A stretch of DNA of 64,000 nucleotides from an uncultured Gammaproteobacteria bacterium. GTDB taxonomy: Bacteria; Patescibacteriota; Microgenomatia; UBA8517. Below, piece after piece: positions 9,783-19,191 of the stretch (position 1 is the first letter of the stretch; each line of letters begins with the position of its first letter). The notes below the pieces were generated by a model. It did no database searches, was not told the origin of the DNA, and was given only the letters and a program-made list of their open reading frames with translations. The stretch spans positions 25,856 to 89,855 of the forward strand of contig CAYRUS010000001.1 of assembly GCA_964427735.1 (NCBI GenBank), written 5' to 3'. The position numbers and the translations under genes were made by a program.

Positions 9783-9811
9783 ACTATAACACAAAGCTAT
9801 AAGGTTGTCAA
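9783..9811 (-). promoter_or_regulatory. Near-consensus sigma70 promoter
   Basis: TTGACA (9811-9806), 17 nt spacer, TATAGT (9788-9783). Confidence 0.8.
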
Positions 9812-9877
9812 TACGTGCTCCATTAAGCTTGATCTATGTTCAGGTGTAGAATTTCTACAGGATTATTTATGTATTTT

Positions 9878-10627
9878 CTAATCACCCTTTTTCTTTGCTA
9901 GCACAAAAATAGAAGGACCAAATCTAAAGCTACCTAACGGTTTTTGGAGTTTTTGTTCGATAAACAAAAGAGTTTCTTTTGGAAGCAATGATTTTAACTT
10001 TTTACTTCTTACGTTTGAAACAGAAAAAATATTAAGTACTTCAAATCCATTATTCTCTAATTTATTAATAATATAATCTGGATGGTAATTAACAAAAGGA
10101 ATACTGTTTTTTTTCTTTTTGCTACTAATATCTTTAGGAGATATATCAGCAATAAAAACCAAATTGCCTTTCAAAAATTCAAATAAAGTGGCTTTAAAGT
10201 GCCTTTTATTTGCGAATTCAAGTATAAAATAGCCATCTTTTTTAAGTATTTTGTTTACTGTTTTAAATGCCATATCAGGATCTTTAATGTGATGCAGCAC
10301 TCTTACCATCATTGCAACATCTACAGCATTATTTACTTTTTTTTCTAAACCTTGGATTCCCGAGTGAATGTAGTCAATGTTTTTTGTAGTGAATTTAGAT
10401 TTTGCCTTTTTTAGCAAACTAGAAGATGGATCAGAAAGAATTACTTTTTTTGCTCTATAAAGATAAACATTAGTTAATCTTCCAAATCCTGCACCAATAT
10501 CTATAAATGTATTAATTTGGGGTATACGATCTAATATGCTTTTCAATACTACGACCTCGGATTCGTGTTCATATTCTCTCTCATCCCAGTAGGATGGATA
10601 ATCATAACCGTCATAATAAGCAGCCAT
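9878..10627 (-). CDS. Class I SAM-dependent methyltransferase
   Basis: FIDIGAGFGRL motif I, VRVLHHI, LKKDGYFILE. Confidence 0.9.
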   Translation of the reverse strand: MAAYYDGYDYPSYWDEREYEHESEVVVLKSILDRIPQINTFIDIGAGFGRLTNVYLYRAKKVILSDPSSSLLKKAKSKFTTKNIDYIHSGIQGLEKKVNNAVDVAMMVRVLHHIKDPDMAFKTVNKILKKDGYFILEFANKRHFKATLFEFLKGNLVFIADISPKDISSKKKKNSIPFVNYHPDYIINKLENNGFEVLNIFSVSNVRSKKLKSLLPKETLLFIEQKLQKPLGSFRFGPSIFVLAKKKGD

Positions 10628-10708
10628 ATTTACAAATTTGAATTATACATACATTATCAATTAAAAAAAACTTAACCTAAATACATACGAAGCTAATTTC
10701 TAGATAGT

Positions 10709-11365
10709 TTACTGCATCTCTTGCATAAACGTTCTTACTCCTTGTGCCCAAGTTCCTGGTGATAAAGGTGTATATTTAAGCATGATTTCATCTACTGTTA
10801 AATATCCTTTATCCAGATATTCACTTCGGAGTCCTTGGGAAACAGTAACTATCGCTTCTTCATAACTTGAAAAGCCCAGCGTACCTCTGCTGTGTATACC
10901 CCATCCCCAACAATTATGAGTTCCCGGAGGTATTCTTTTGCACAAATTTGATTCTTGCTGAGCTATAGCTGTAATTAGTCTAAAATCTAAACCGTATTTA
11001 TCAGCTGTTTCTACAATAAATTCAGCTTTATCTGCAATTGGGGAATTATATTTTTCCAAGTATTTGCGAATTATTTCTGGTCTGGCATCCTCTGTTTGTA
11101 TAGAAGATTCTATTTTTGGAGCACTTGCAGGCAATGATGCAAATAATTGAACTCCGGATTTTCTCATTTCAACATTGTTTTGTGTTTCTGTAATTATTTT
11201 ATCTTTTTCTTTTGAATCTGTTAGAAGTATTAAAGATATTAGTGAAATTCCTAAAACCAATGGAGTTACTGAAAAAAAGAATAAAAATAGAACAAATTTT
11301 TTGGTAAAAAAACCATTGTTAATAGTATACGCTCTTAATTGACCTTGGGTAGTTGAAGGTTCCAT
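10709..11365 (-). CDS. Membrane-anchored lysozyme-fold (glucosaminidase/SLT-like) protein
   Basis: TM segment, then LITAIAQQESNL and NCWGWG. Confidence 0.65.
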   Translation of the reverse strand: MEPSTTQGQLRAYTINNGFFTKKFVLFLFFFSVTPLVLGISLISLILLTDSKEKDKIITETQNNVEMRKSGVQLFASLPASAPKIESSIQTEDARPEIIRKYLEKYNSPIADKAEFIVETADKYGLDFRLITAIAQQESNLCKRIPPGTHNCWGWGIHSRGTLGFSSYEEAIVTVSQGLRSEYLDKGYLTVDEIMLKYTPLSPGTWAQGVRTFMQEMQ

Positions 11366-11469
11366 ATATTGTCTTATTCAAGCATTGCATAGCATTCACT
11401 TATGTGTCAAGTAAAGTGTTTATTCTTCTATCAGTATATAAACTCTGATATAATAGTGAAGCCTAATAA

Positions 11470-11555
11470 GCCCTTGTGGCGGAACTGGCAGACGCGCAGC
11501 GTTCAGGACGCTGTCTCCTTTACGGGAGGTAGAGGTTCGAATCCTCTCAAGGGCA
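11470..11555 (+). tRNA. tRNA-Leu(CAG)
   Basis: GCCCTTG acceptor, CAGCG TT CAG GA CGCTG, GGTTCGAATCC. Confidence 0.96.
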
Positions 11556-11592
11556 CTATTTGCTCTTAATCACAAGGGTTATGTGAGTTAAC

Positions 11593-11677
11593 GCCGAGGT
11601 GCTGGAACTGGTAGACAGGCTACGTTGAGGACGTAGTGTTCGTTTAGGACGTGCAGGTTCGAGTCCTGTCCTCGGCA
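11593..11677 (+). tRNA. tRNA-Leu(GAG)
   Basis: GCCGAGG acceptor, CTACG TT GAG GA CGTAG, GGTTCGAGTCC. Confidence 0.96.
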
Positions 11678-11702
11678 CATATATTTGATATAATACGTGT
11701 GC

Positions 11703-11776
11703 GAGCTCGTAGCTCAGTTGGCTAGAGCGTTCGGCTTACATCCGAAAGGTCACAGGTTCGAGTCCTGTCGAGCTCA
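11703..11776 (+). tRNA. tRNA-Val(TAC)
   Basis: GAGCTCG acceptor, TTCGG CT TAC AT CCGAA. Confidence 0.96.
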
Positions 11777-11797
11777 CTCAAAAGACGTTTAAAGTGA

Positions 11798-12604
11798 ATG
11801 ATAGAAATTAAAAATGTTCATACTGAATTATTAATTAAGGAACTCAAACGTAGAAATTTAACTCAAGAAGATATTCTAGAACTTCAATCACTACTATCTC
11901 CTACATCCTCTCAAAATGCTATTCGTGAAAAATCTCAGATTAATGATATTAGTGATGTCGAAACGCTAGCTAGATCAGCCATACGAAAATCGTTTTTTGG
12001 AAAACTACCTATTGGAGCTCATATATTAGGGAAAGAAGTTGATAAAAATACTGCAGGAGGATTTTTTAATCATGGTCCAGATGAGATATCTATTTCACTT
12101 AATGGTAGAGGAGCTTTTGGTGTTCATGATGCCATATACAGGTTTCAGGACAAACTTGAGAAGAGAATGAGGTATCAAATGTTAAGCATAATTCCATCCG
12201 CAACAAACGAGCAAAATATTATTCTGACTATTCATTTTTTTCAAGATTATAAGCAAGTCGATAGTAGAAAAGCATATACTGCCGCACATGTTTGTGCAGA
12301 ATTTACAAAGTCTGACTTAGAAGATGTTCTTGCACACATCTTAATAAACCCGAATAGCCTTGAAGATTTATATCAAGGACTATTTCCAAATTTAGATGAA
12401 ACTCCTACTAACTCAGGTGTGCGGAGAGTTAAGACTTATGGATTTTATCTACTACAAGGTGAGTTACTAAAAAGAACTAAAGACATAGAAAGATATGACC
12501 TAAGGACAGTTAACGCTCTTCTTGATAAAGTACAAACCTACCGGTACTCTAATGGGCCATATGGAAATGGTGAAGAATTTCTTCCTCTAAAATTGAGAAA
12601 ATAA
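11798..12604 (+). CDS. Hypothetical protein
   Basis: 268 aa ORF directly after tRNA-Val; no recognised motif. Confidence 0.7.
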   Translation: MIEIKNVHTELLIKELKRRNLTQEDILELQSLLSPTSSQNAIREKSQINDISDVETLARSAIRKSFFGKLPIGAHILGKEVDKNTAGGFFNHGPDEISISLNGRGAFGVHDAIYRFQDKLEKRMRYQMLSIIPSATNEQNIILTIHFFQDYKQVDSRKAYTAAHVCAEFTKSDLEDVLAHILINPNSLEDLYQGLFPNLDETPTNSGVRRVKTYGFYLLQGELLKRTKDIERYDLRTVNALLDKVQTYRYSNGPYGNGEEFLPLKLRK

Positions 12605-12697
12605 AATTATGTTTTTATCAATTAATACAGATTTTAAAGTTGAAATCATTTCTAAATTATTAAACCTATAGGTTGTGTATTGTGGTATAATAAGTGT

Positions 12698-13580
12698 ATG
12701 GAAGGCAAAGCAAGTCTAGAGTATGAGTGGAGCTATACGAGTAAAGAGATAGTTTCACCTGAGGAGTTTCTACGAAGAATTAACACTAAACTCAGCCAAA
12801 AAAAAATACTTTCTGTTGGAGAACACCACGATCTAAACAAAGATAATAGTTATGGCTGGATTAATGATTTCGCTGGAGAAATTTTGTTTGCATACAAATG
12901 GTATCAAGCAGGGAAAGCTACAGGTAAGGAAACTCCACCACTTGTTGAATTGCTAGGCTCAAGATCTGATCGGTTAGAGAAACTAATAAACGATAAACCT
13001 TCTATTGTAGAGTTACAACAAATGCATGTTAGCAGGCTTTTTGCCCTAGGAATATTACCAGTTGCACGAGCAGTTGGATATACAGACATAGTTTTAGAAG
13101 GATTTGATGAAAAAAAATCCTGGAAAAACAATTGGAAGATCCACTGACAGAACAGGAGACTTATTAAAAATGGTCTCCTCGATGATGCTAGGTATGAGGA
13201 TTCATGGTGCTTGGCCTGATAGCAGTATGCACTCCCCTAAAGATACTGGTGACTCGTTATTAAAAAAAATCAAAGATGTAAAAACCAAAAACCCGACTGC
13301 TAGAATTATTGTTTACAATGGAGCCATTCATAATATGACAGAAGCATTTAAATCGGGATCTGTTGTTAGTTCTGACTTACGCCGGTTAGATGCAAGTGAG
13401 TGGACATATGCCCCAAGAGCAATAGAAATGTGGGGTAACAGATATGGAGCTATTGATCTATTAAACGGTAACAGCCCTCTCCCAGAAAGTCATTACAAGT
13501 ATATGCAAAAAGATGCTCTATCTAATGCAATTACTTGCTACACACACGGAATTGATCAGCAATCTTATGTGTTTAAATAG
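12698..13580 (+). pseudogene. ChaN/EreA/TraB-fold-like protein split by a frameshift in an A8 run
   Basis: ORFs 12698-13147 and 13104-13580 join if A8 (13110-13117) is A7; motifs SVGEHH, IVLEG, IVYNGAIH. Confidence 0.65.
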
Positions 13581-14037
13581 TAAGTTAGTCAGTTAAAAAA
13601 CTTAAGACAATAAATCCATCAAAATGTAGCTTACATATTACTTTTAAACAAGAAATTATTATAGTAAGAACAAGAATTTACTTTATTAAAAAATATACTT
13701 TTTGCGAATAATTGCTATCGTATTTAGATCTTAGCTGATACTCCGGGTAATATAATTCAAGGAATTTAGCAATTGTGTTTTTAATCTTAAACCGATTGGC
13801 ATATCTATTGCTTTGTTTATTTTATATCCACAAAGCATATCCAGTTCAGAAGCAAATATTCCAATTTTGTTTTTTGAATAAGCATCAACTAAGGCTTTGA
13901 ATACAAACCAAGTCCTTACTCCAGAAGAACCATCATAAGCATAAATTTCAGGCGTGAGATTAGTGATACTAAGTCACTTTTCTCCTTACCCTGCGGAAGA
14001 AAAACCATTTGGTAACTTGTTAAAATATTGTAAGTTT

Positions 14038-14412
14038 CTATATCGTATCTGTCTGGTAAATTAGGTCTTTCCCACGGAAAAAAAAGAGTATTTTTTGGTA
14101 TAGGAACAGGACGTACATTAACTGCAATTTAATATGCTTTGGCTGGTAAGAATGGAATTCATAGAGAAATCTGTAATAATATATTTCTCCAAATTCCCTC
14201 TGATCAGCGATTTCCTGCCTTATTCTATGGATATTCACATATATGTAGCTTTCGACATCTGAATAGGAATATTCGCCAAATATTTTACTTACATCAACAA
14301 AAAATCCTCTATACTCTTTCAACTTTTCAAAAAATATCTGGTGTGCTTTTAGGTCGGGTTCATTTTGATTTTGCAAATTATCGGATTTTTGTATATATCT
14401 TTCGGTTGGCAT
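14038..14412 (-). CDS. Hypothetical protein, possibly the 5' part of a degraded gene
   Basis: MPTERYIQKSD... ORF; further open stretches in other frames continue toward ~13.8 kb. Confidence 0.35.
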   Translation of the reverse strand: MPTERYIQKSDNLQNQNEPDLKAHQIFFEKLKEYRGFFVDVSKIFGEYSYSDVESYIYVNIHRIRQEIADQREFGEIYYYRFLYEFHSYQPKHIKLQLMYVLFLYQKILFFFRGKDLIYQTDTI

Positions 14413-14493
14413 ATTAATGTGTATTTGAGCATTGTTGTGTAATATTGATAAACATTGTTTAAGCTTGAGATATTTTGTATAATTCATATACAA

Positions 14494-14566
14494 GCTGAGA
14501 TAGCCAAGGTGGTCACGGCGGGCGCCTGAAGAGCGTCAGATGTGTGTTCGACTCACACTCTCAGCA
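14494..14566 (+). tRNA. tRNA-Phe(GAA), with G37
   Basis: GCTGAGA/TCTCAGC acceptor, GGCGC CT GAA GA GCGTC, GTTCGACTC. Confidence 0.93.
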
Positions 14567-14571
14567 CAAGT

Positions 14572-14646
14572 GCGGGAGTAGCTCAGTGGTAGAGTGTCTC
14601 GTTGCCAACGAGAAGGTCGCGGGTTCGAATCCCGTCTCCCGCTCCA
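14572..14646 (+). tRNA. tRNA-Gly(GCC), CCA encoded
   Basis: GCGGGAG acceptor, TCTCG TT GCC AA CGAGA, ends TCCA. Confidence 0.97.
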
Positions 14647-14711
14647 ATATACTGCTCTTCATAAAGCTATTTCCGCTAATCAAGATATTAAATTACAAAA
14701 GTTATCAAAAC

Positions 14712-14960
14712 ATGTCTAAAAAATCCCCCACTATTATATCCGAAGAACAAAGGAAAAAAGCTATCGAAGAGATAATAAATTTTTTTAGCACAGAAAGAAG
14801 TGAAGAGATTGGGGTTATTGCTGCTGAAGATATTTTGGATATGATTTTGAATTTAATAGGAGCAGATATCTATAACAAAGGAGTTGATGATACGATGGAA
14901 TATATTAAAGAAAGAATTGATGAGATTAATATAGATTTAGAATCAACAATAAAAAAATAA
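14712..14960 (+). CDS. DUF2164 family protein
   Basis: FFSTERSEEIGVIAAEDILD...IYNKGVDD; start moved to ATG 14712 because the longer ORF overlaps tRNAs. Confidence 0.8.
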   Translation: MSKKSPTIISEEQRKKAIEEIINFFSTERSEEIGVIAAEDILDMILNLIGADIYNKGVDDTMEYIKERIDEINIDLESTIKK

Positions 14961-15103
14961 GTCCAAATACTCCTAAGAGTTGGGGTGTATAACACGTTTC
15001 CATTTACTGAATTTCCTAAGAACTGGCACAACAATTACGTCTTTCAATGATTATTACCTTAATTTTTTGAAATTCTTACTAAATAAAATTTATAATAAAT
15101 TTT

Positions 15104-15619
15104 ATGAAAGAAGAACATTATATTAGTTTTTCAGAAGCGAAAAATTTTGAAAAATTAGTTAAATATGCAGAAGGATTAGCAGAACACAGACAATATGAAA
15201 AAGTTTTGTTTGAAGTATTATCAGAACATCTAACAGACACAGGCTGGACAGAAAATACAGATTACATTTATAAAAATCCTGAAACAATTTACCAAATAGA
15301 ACTTACTTGCAGAATGATAGAAGTCATTAGAAAAACAGTAAAAGAATTATTAAATAATACAAAACCAACAAATGGTTTTATTGGTTTTATAATTATTGAA
15401 AGCATAGTTTTACAAATTCAAAGATTAGGAATTCACTCTTCGAATGAAATCATAGATTCAGCACGAAAACTTATTAAAGAATCTTATGAATTAGGCGCCT
15501 CAGAAAAATTATCAATATCAACCTCTCCGCTAGATATTTTAGAGCAAACAGAAATTTTAGTAAAAAACGCACAATTCGGTGAGGATAATTTTGAATACGC
15601 TATTGAACAAACTACCTAA
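15104..15619 (+). CDS. Hypothetical protein
   Basis: 171 aa ORF; TATAAT 7 nt upstream of the ATG. Confidence 0.7.
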   Translation: MKEEHYISFSEAKNFEKLVKYAEGLAEHRQYEKVLFEVLSEHLTDTGWTENTDYIYKNPETIYQIELTCRMIEVIRKTVKELLNNTKPTNGFIGFIIIESIVLQIQRLGIHSSNEIIDSARKLIKESYELGASEKLSISTSPLDILEQTEILVKNAQFGEDNFEYAIEQTT

Positions 15620-15732
15620 GTTATTTAAAAGTTTTTTTTGAACTTTTTATAACTCTAATTATATCTTCTGAAACTACAAATATTTTGCGCTTGCTTCAAA
15701 ATTATGATTATTTTTGGTAAAATACTTGTATT

Positions 15733-15805
15733 GGCCCAGTAGCTCAATGGATAGAGCAATTCCCTTCTAAGGAAGAGGTTGCAGGTTCGACTCCTGCCTG
15801 GGTCA
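15733..15805 (+). tRNA. tRNA-Arg(TCT)
   Basis: GGCCCAG acceptor, TTCC CT TCT AA GGAA, GGTTCGACTCC. Confidence 0.95.
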
Positions 15806-15887
15806 CAAATGTTTTTTTTATAACTCCTAAAATAAGTATATAGAGAATTTTCAATAATTATACTCTACTGGTAAAATCATACTTGAT

Positions 15888-17312
15888 ATGAAGGTTTTAC
15901 TAGGCATTATTATTGGATTAATTTTTAGCTTTTTAGTACCACAAAAAGCCTATGCGATTGTTGATCCACTTTCTGTTCCAAACAATAGACTTGGAATACA
16001 CATAACAAATGAGTCAGATATTGATGCAGCAGCCAATCTAGTTAATACAAACGGTGGAGACTGGGGATATGTAACTGTTGTAATAAGACAAGACGAAAAA
16101 GACACTAAAAGATGGCAAAAATTTTTTGACCAAATGAGGGAAAAACATTTAATACCAATAATAAGAGTTGCTACTAGAATGAATGACCAAGGTTATTGGG
16201 AAATTCCTTCAGAACATGATATAAAAAATTGGATTGTATTTTTTGAATCACTAAATTGGGTAGTAAAAAACAGATACATTGTAATTGGAAATGAGCCAAA
16301 TCACGCCAAAGAATGGGGAAATCAAATCGATCCCATTGGATATGCACGCTATCTCAAAAATTTTTCCACACAACTAAAAACTGCAGATTCTGACTATTTT
16401 GTATTACCTGCGGGGTTTGATGCGTCCGCTCCGGATTCAGATGAAACTATGAGCGAAGACAATTATCTGCGCAATATGCTAGCGGCAGAACCGGATTTGT
16501 TCGAGTACATTGATGGTTGGACATCACACTCCTATCCTAATCCAGGTTTTGCAGGGAACGTAAATGATACAGGCCGTGGTAGTATTCAAACATATAAATG
16601 GGAGCTGGATTTCTTAAGTGAGATTGGAGTAAATAAAAATTTGCCTGTATTTATCACTGAAACAGGTTGGATTCATGACTTAGATGGAAAAATTTTAGGA
16701 TTCAGTAGTGCTGATGATGTCGGAGATAAATTAATATATGCCTTCCAAAATGTTTGGAATGATGAAAAAGTAGTGGCTGTGACACCATTTTTGCTTAGTT
16801 ATTTTGACGAACCATTTAATATGTTCTCTTGGAAAAAACCCGATGGTGAATTTTATACTTTTTATTACGAACTTCAGAGAATTGCAAAAACTAAAGGCAA
16901 ACCAGAACAAGTTAGTAGCGCAACAATTCTAAAAAATACAATATCTTCCTATGGTTTAATAAATTCAGAATTTAGTGGCTTTATTTTCCTTGAAAATACA
17001 GGTCAATCCATCTGGACAAAAGATAATATCCGCCTGACAACTAGCGAAGATGAAGAATTAGATATGAATATTTATTTGGCAAAAAAAGTAGAGCCAGGAG
17101 AAAAAAGTGTATTGAGATTTACCGGTAAGGCTCCAGAATTTGAAGGTGAGTACAACACCAAAATTCAAGTTAAATACGATGATGAAGTTATAGTACCTGC
17201 ATTTCAGTTCACTGTCCGAACTTTTGAAGAACCAAATGCTTGGATAGACTTAATTAAAATTAAAAATAATATCTTAAGTTATCTGCTAATTAAACGTGAA
17301 CAAATCCTGTAA
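15888..17312 (+). CDS. Secreted clan GH-A glycoside hydrolase with C-terminal Ig-like (NBR1/FW-like) domain
   Basis: Signal peptide, IGNEPN acid/base, HSYP, ITETGW nucleophile; LENTGQSIW...VEPGEK Ig motif. Confidence 0.75.
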   Translation: MKVLLGIIIGLIFSFLVPQKAYAIVDPLSVPNNRLGIHITNESDIDAAANLVNTNGGDWGYVTVVIRQDEKDTKRWQKFFDQMREKHLIPIIRVATRMNDQGYWEIPSEHDIKNWIVFFESLNWVVKNRYIVIGNEPNHAKEWGNQIDPIGYARYLKNFSTQLKTADSDYFVLPAGFDASAPDSDETMSEDNYLRNMLAAEPDLFEYIDGWTSHSYPNPGFAGNVNDTGRGSIQTYKWELDFLSEIGVNKNLPVFITETGWIHDLDGKILGFSSADDVGDKLIYAFQNVWNDEKVVAVTPFLLSYFDEPFNMFSWKKPDGEFYTFYYELQRIAKTKGKPEQVSSATILKNTISSYGLINSEFSGFIFLENTGQSIWTKDNIRLTTSEDEELDMNIYLAKKVEPGEKSVLRFTGKAPEFEGEYNTKIQVKYDDEVIVPAFQFTVRTFEEPNAWIDLIKIKNNILSYLLIKREQIL

Positions 17313-17423
17313 GATGAGTTTATTCTTCATTTATAAGTAATTTTTGTTATAATAAATAGGCTTGAGCAGGTAGTTCGAATGGTAGCCTTGCTTATCATTG
17401 GTAGGACAATCGAGAGTATTTTA

Positions 17424-17495
17424 GCGTCCATAGCTCAACGGCAGAGCAACCGGCTCTTAACCGGTAGGTTGAAGGTTCAAATCCTTCTGGACGCA
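17424..17495 (+). tRNA. tRNA-Lys(CTT)
   Basis: GCGTCCA acceptor, ACCGG CT CTT AA CCGGT, GGTTCAAATCC. Confidence 0.96.
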
Positions 17496-17513
17496 CAAGA
17501 ATATTTTTATATG

Positions 17514-17548
17514 CTGGTCGGTTGGAGTTTCGAGTCCTTCCTGAAACA
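17514..17548 (+). repeat. Degenerate copy of the tRNA-Lys 3' half (att-like scar)
   Basis: 25 of 35 positions identical to 17461-17495 without gaps. Confidence 0.55.
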
Positions 17549-17567
17549 CACCTAGTTTAAATTTATT

Positions 17568-18746
17568 TTAGATATTCCCGGTTTTTAAGTCATTCACTAA
17601 TCTTCTAGTAGAAGGACTTTCGAACTCATCTAATAGCGAAATATTTTCTGTTAAGCTAGATTCTGAAGGATCATCTGATTTGTTTTTTGGATCATGAACT
17701 TCATAAATTTGAATCGTCGTAAAGTTATTCATAATTGTCCCAACAAATTCATTTTTGTCTATCTCAAAACTTTCGGCAGTAAGACTAGCTAACTTTTTCA
17801 ACTCGTTAAGTAACTTTCTTATACTTTCTAGTCGCTTTGCCTCACTACTCAGGTATTCGTTTGCTCGATTTAAGTGAGCAGCACCCATAATCACTGCACT
17901 TGTAGCATTGTTAGGTAAGTCTAGAAACTCCACAGTTTCAAAAGCTCTCTGAATCACTGCGGCAGTACGTCCGTCCACTAACGATTCCTGGTATAAATCG
18001 AGTGTGGCTATTCTATTGTGTAAATTAACCAGACGTTCTTTTGTATCGGTATCAATTGTAAAAGAAGCAGATGATTCCAAAGCCCGTTTCATTGTTTTTG
18101 GAGAAGCAGAGGTTACACCGTCAACTACAGTAAATGCAGCTATGTACTTGAGGAATTCTCTTCTTGTCGGCCTTTTATCTTTTGAATTGCCATCGGTATT
18201 TTTTTCTTTATTCTTTTGCTTACTGTTTATAAAATGAGCTAAAGAAATCATTGAACCTAACATCAATATCATAACAGGTTTGGTATCACTTTCTCGGTAT
18301 TTATCAAATATTCTGTTTTCAAAATCTAATAACTGTGCAAACAAATTTGGATCATGGATACTTGCAGCAAAGTCAATACTAAAATCTACTACTGGTAACA
18401 ACAGAGAATCATTTGGATTTATACTGTTAGGATTTGTAGGTAATAGTTCCCAAACACGCCTGTTATAATCAGTTCGAGTTCTAGAATAATCTGAATTATA
18501 AGACAAACTGTCAATTCCAAGTACTTTAACCCCACTTCTACTCATTCTAAAACCTACCTCTTGATTCCAACGGTGAGTGTTATACCAATCTTTGTTCCAT
18601 CTTAAATCAAAATACCTGATGTCTGCTAAGCTATCTAGCTTAATATGTTTTCCGGGTTCGAAAATTAAGTTATGTTGACTATACTTATTCTCCTTGTTAT
18701 TTCCTAGTTCTTTTCTTGAAACTTTTCCTATACTTTCCACTGACAT
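17568..18746 (-). CDS. Hypothetical protein, TraB/Tiki-like motifs with internal hydrophobic segments
   Basis: KVLGID, VDGRTAA, AVIMGAAH; internal TRREFLK. Confidence 0.6.
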   Translation of the reverse strand: MSVESIGKVSRKELGNNKENKYSQHNLIFEPGKHIKLDSLADIRYFDLRWNKDWYNTHRWNQEVGFRMSRSGVKVLGIDSLSYNSDYSRTRTDYNRRVWELLPTNPNSINPNDSLLLPVVDFSIDFAASIHDPNLFAQLLDFENRIFDKYRESDTKPVMILMLGSMISLAHFINSKQKNKEKNTDGNSKDKRPTRREFLKYIAAFTVVDGVTSASPKTMKRALESSASFTIDTDTKERLVNLHNRIATLDLYQESLVDGRTAAVIQRAFETVEFLDLPNNATSAVIMGAAHLNRANEYLSSEAKRLESIRKLLNELKKLASLTAESFEIDKNEFVGTIMNNFTTIQIYEVHDPKNKSDDPSESSLTENISLLDEFESPSTRRLVNDLKTGNI

Positions 18747-18797
18747 ATTCTTTTAAGTTACCAAATAATAATTTTATCCCTTTCCTGAACACTAGAT

Positions 18798-19160
18798 TTA
18801 GTCTACTATACGCGGGAATTTCTCATCATATTCCAAACTTACTCTTTTGTCTCCTCTTAAACCCAGAATGTCTACAATTCTAGGAACCCTTATAGCCGTG
18901 GTTGTAACATGATGGAGCTGATCTAACTCGGCTGCATTGTATCGCTGGCCACCCCAATATATCCCAACAAGCTCTTTATTACCAGTAATTTTTTCCAGAT
19001 TAATAAAAACATCTTTTTTCTTCATTAGTATTGGTACTTCTGTCCCTTCGAACGACAGCCTATAATAACCATTGTTAACACGCTCAATACTAACTTTTAA
19101 CAAATCGTCCTCATGATCTCCAGTTATTGGGTATTCTCTCTCTATCCTAAAAAATGGCAT
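18798..19160 (-). CDS. Hypothetical protein
   Basis: 120 aa ORF co-directional with its neighbours. Confidence 0.6.
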   Translation of the reverse strand: MPFFRIEREYPITGDHEDDLLKVSIERVNNGYYRLSFEGTEVPILMKKKDVFINLEKITGNKELVGIYWGGQRYNAAELDQLHHVTTTAIRVPRIVDILGLRGDKRVSLEYDEKFPRIVD

Positions 19161-19191
19161 ATTAAATAAATCTAACTTTCGATTTCACAAA

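Noticed and set aside
11730-11746. TTCGG...CCGAA as a further LexA box
   Set aside because: It is the anticodon stem of tRNA-Val, an inverted rather than direct repeat.
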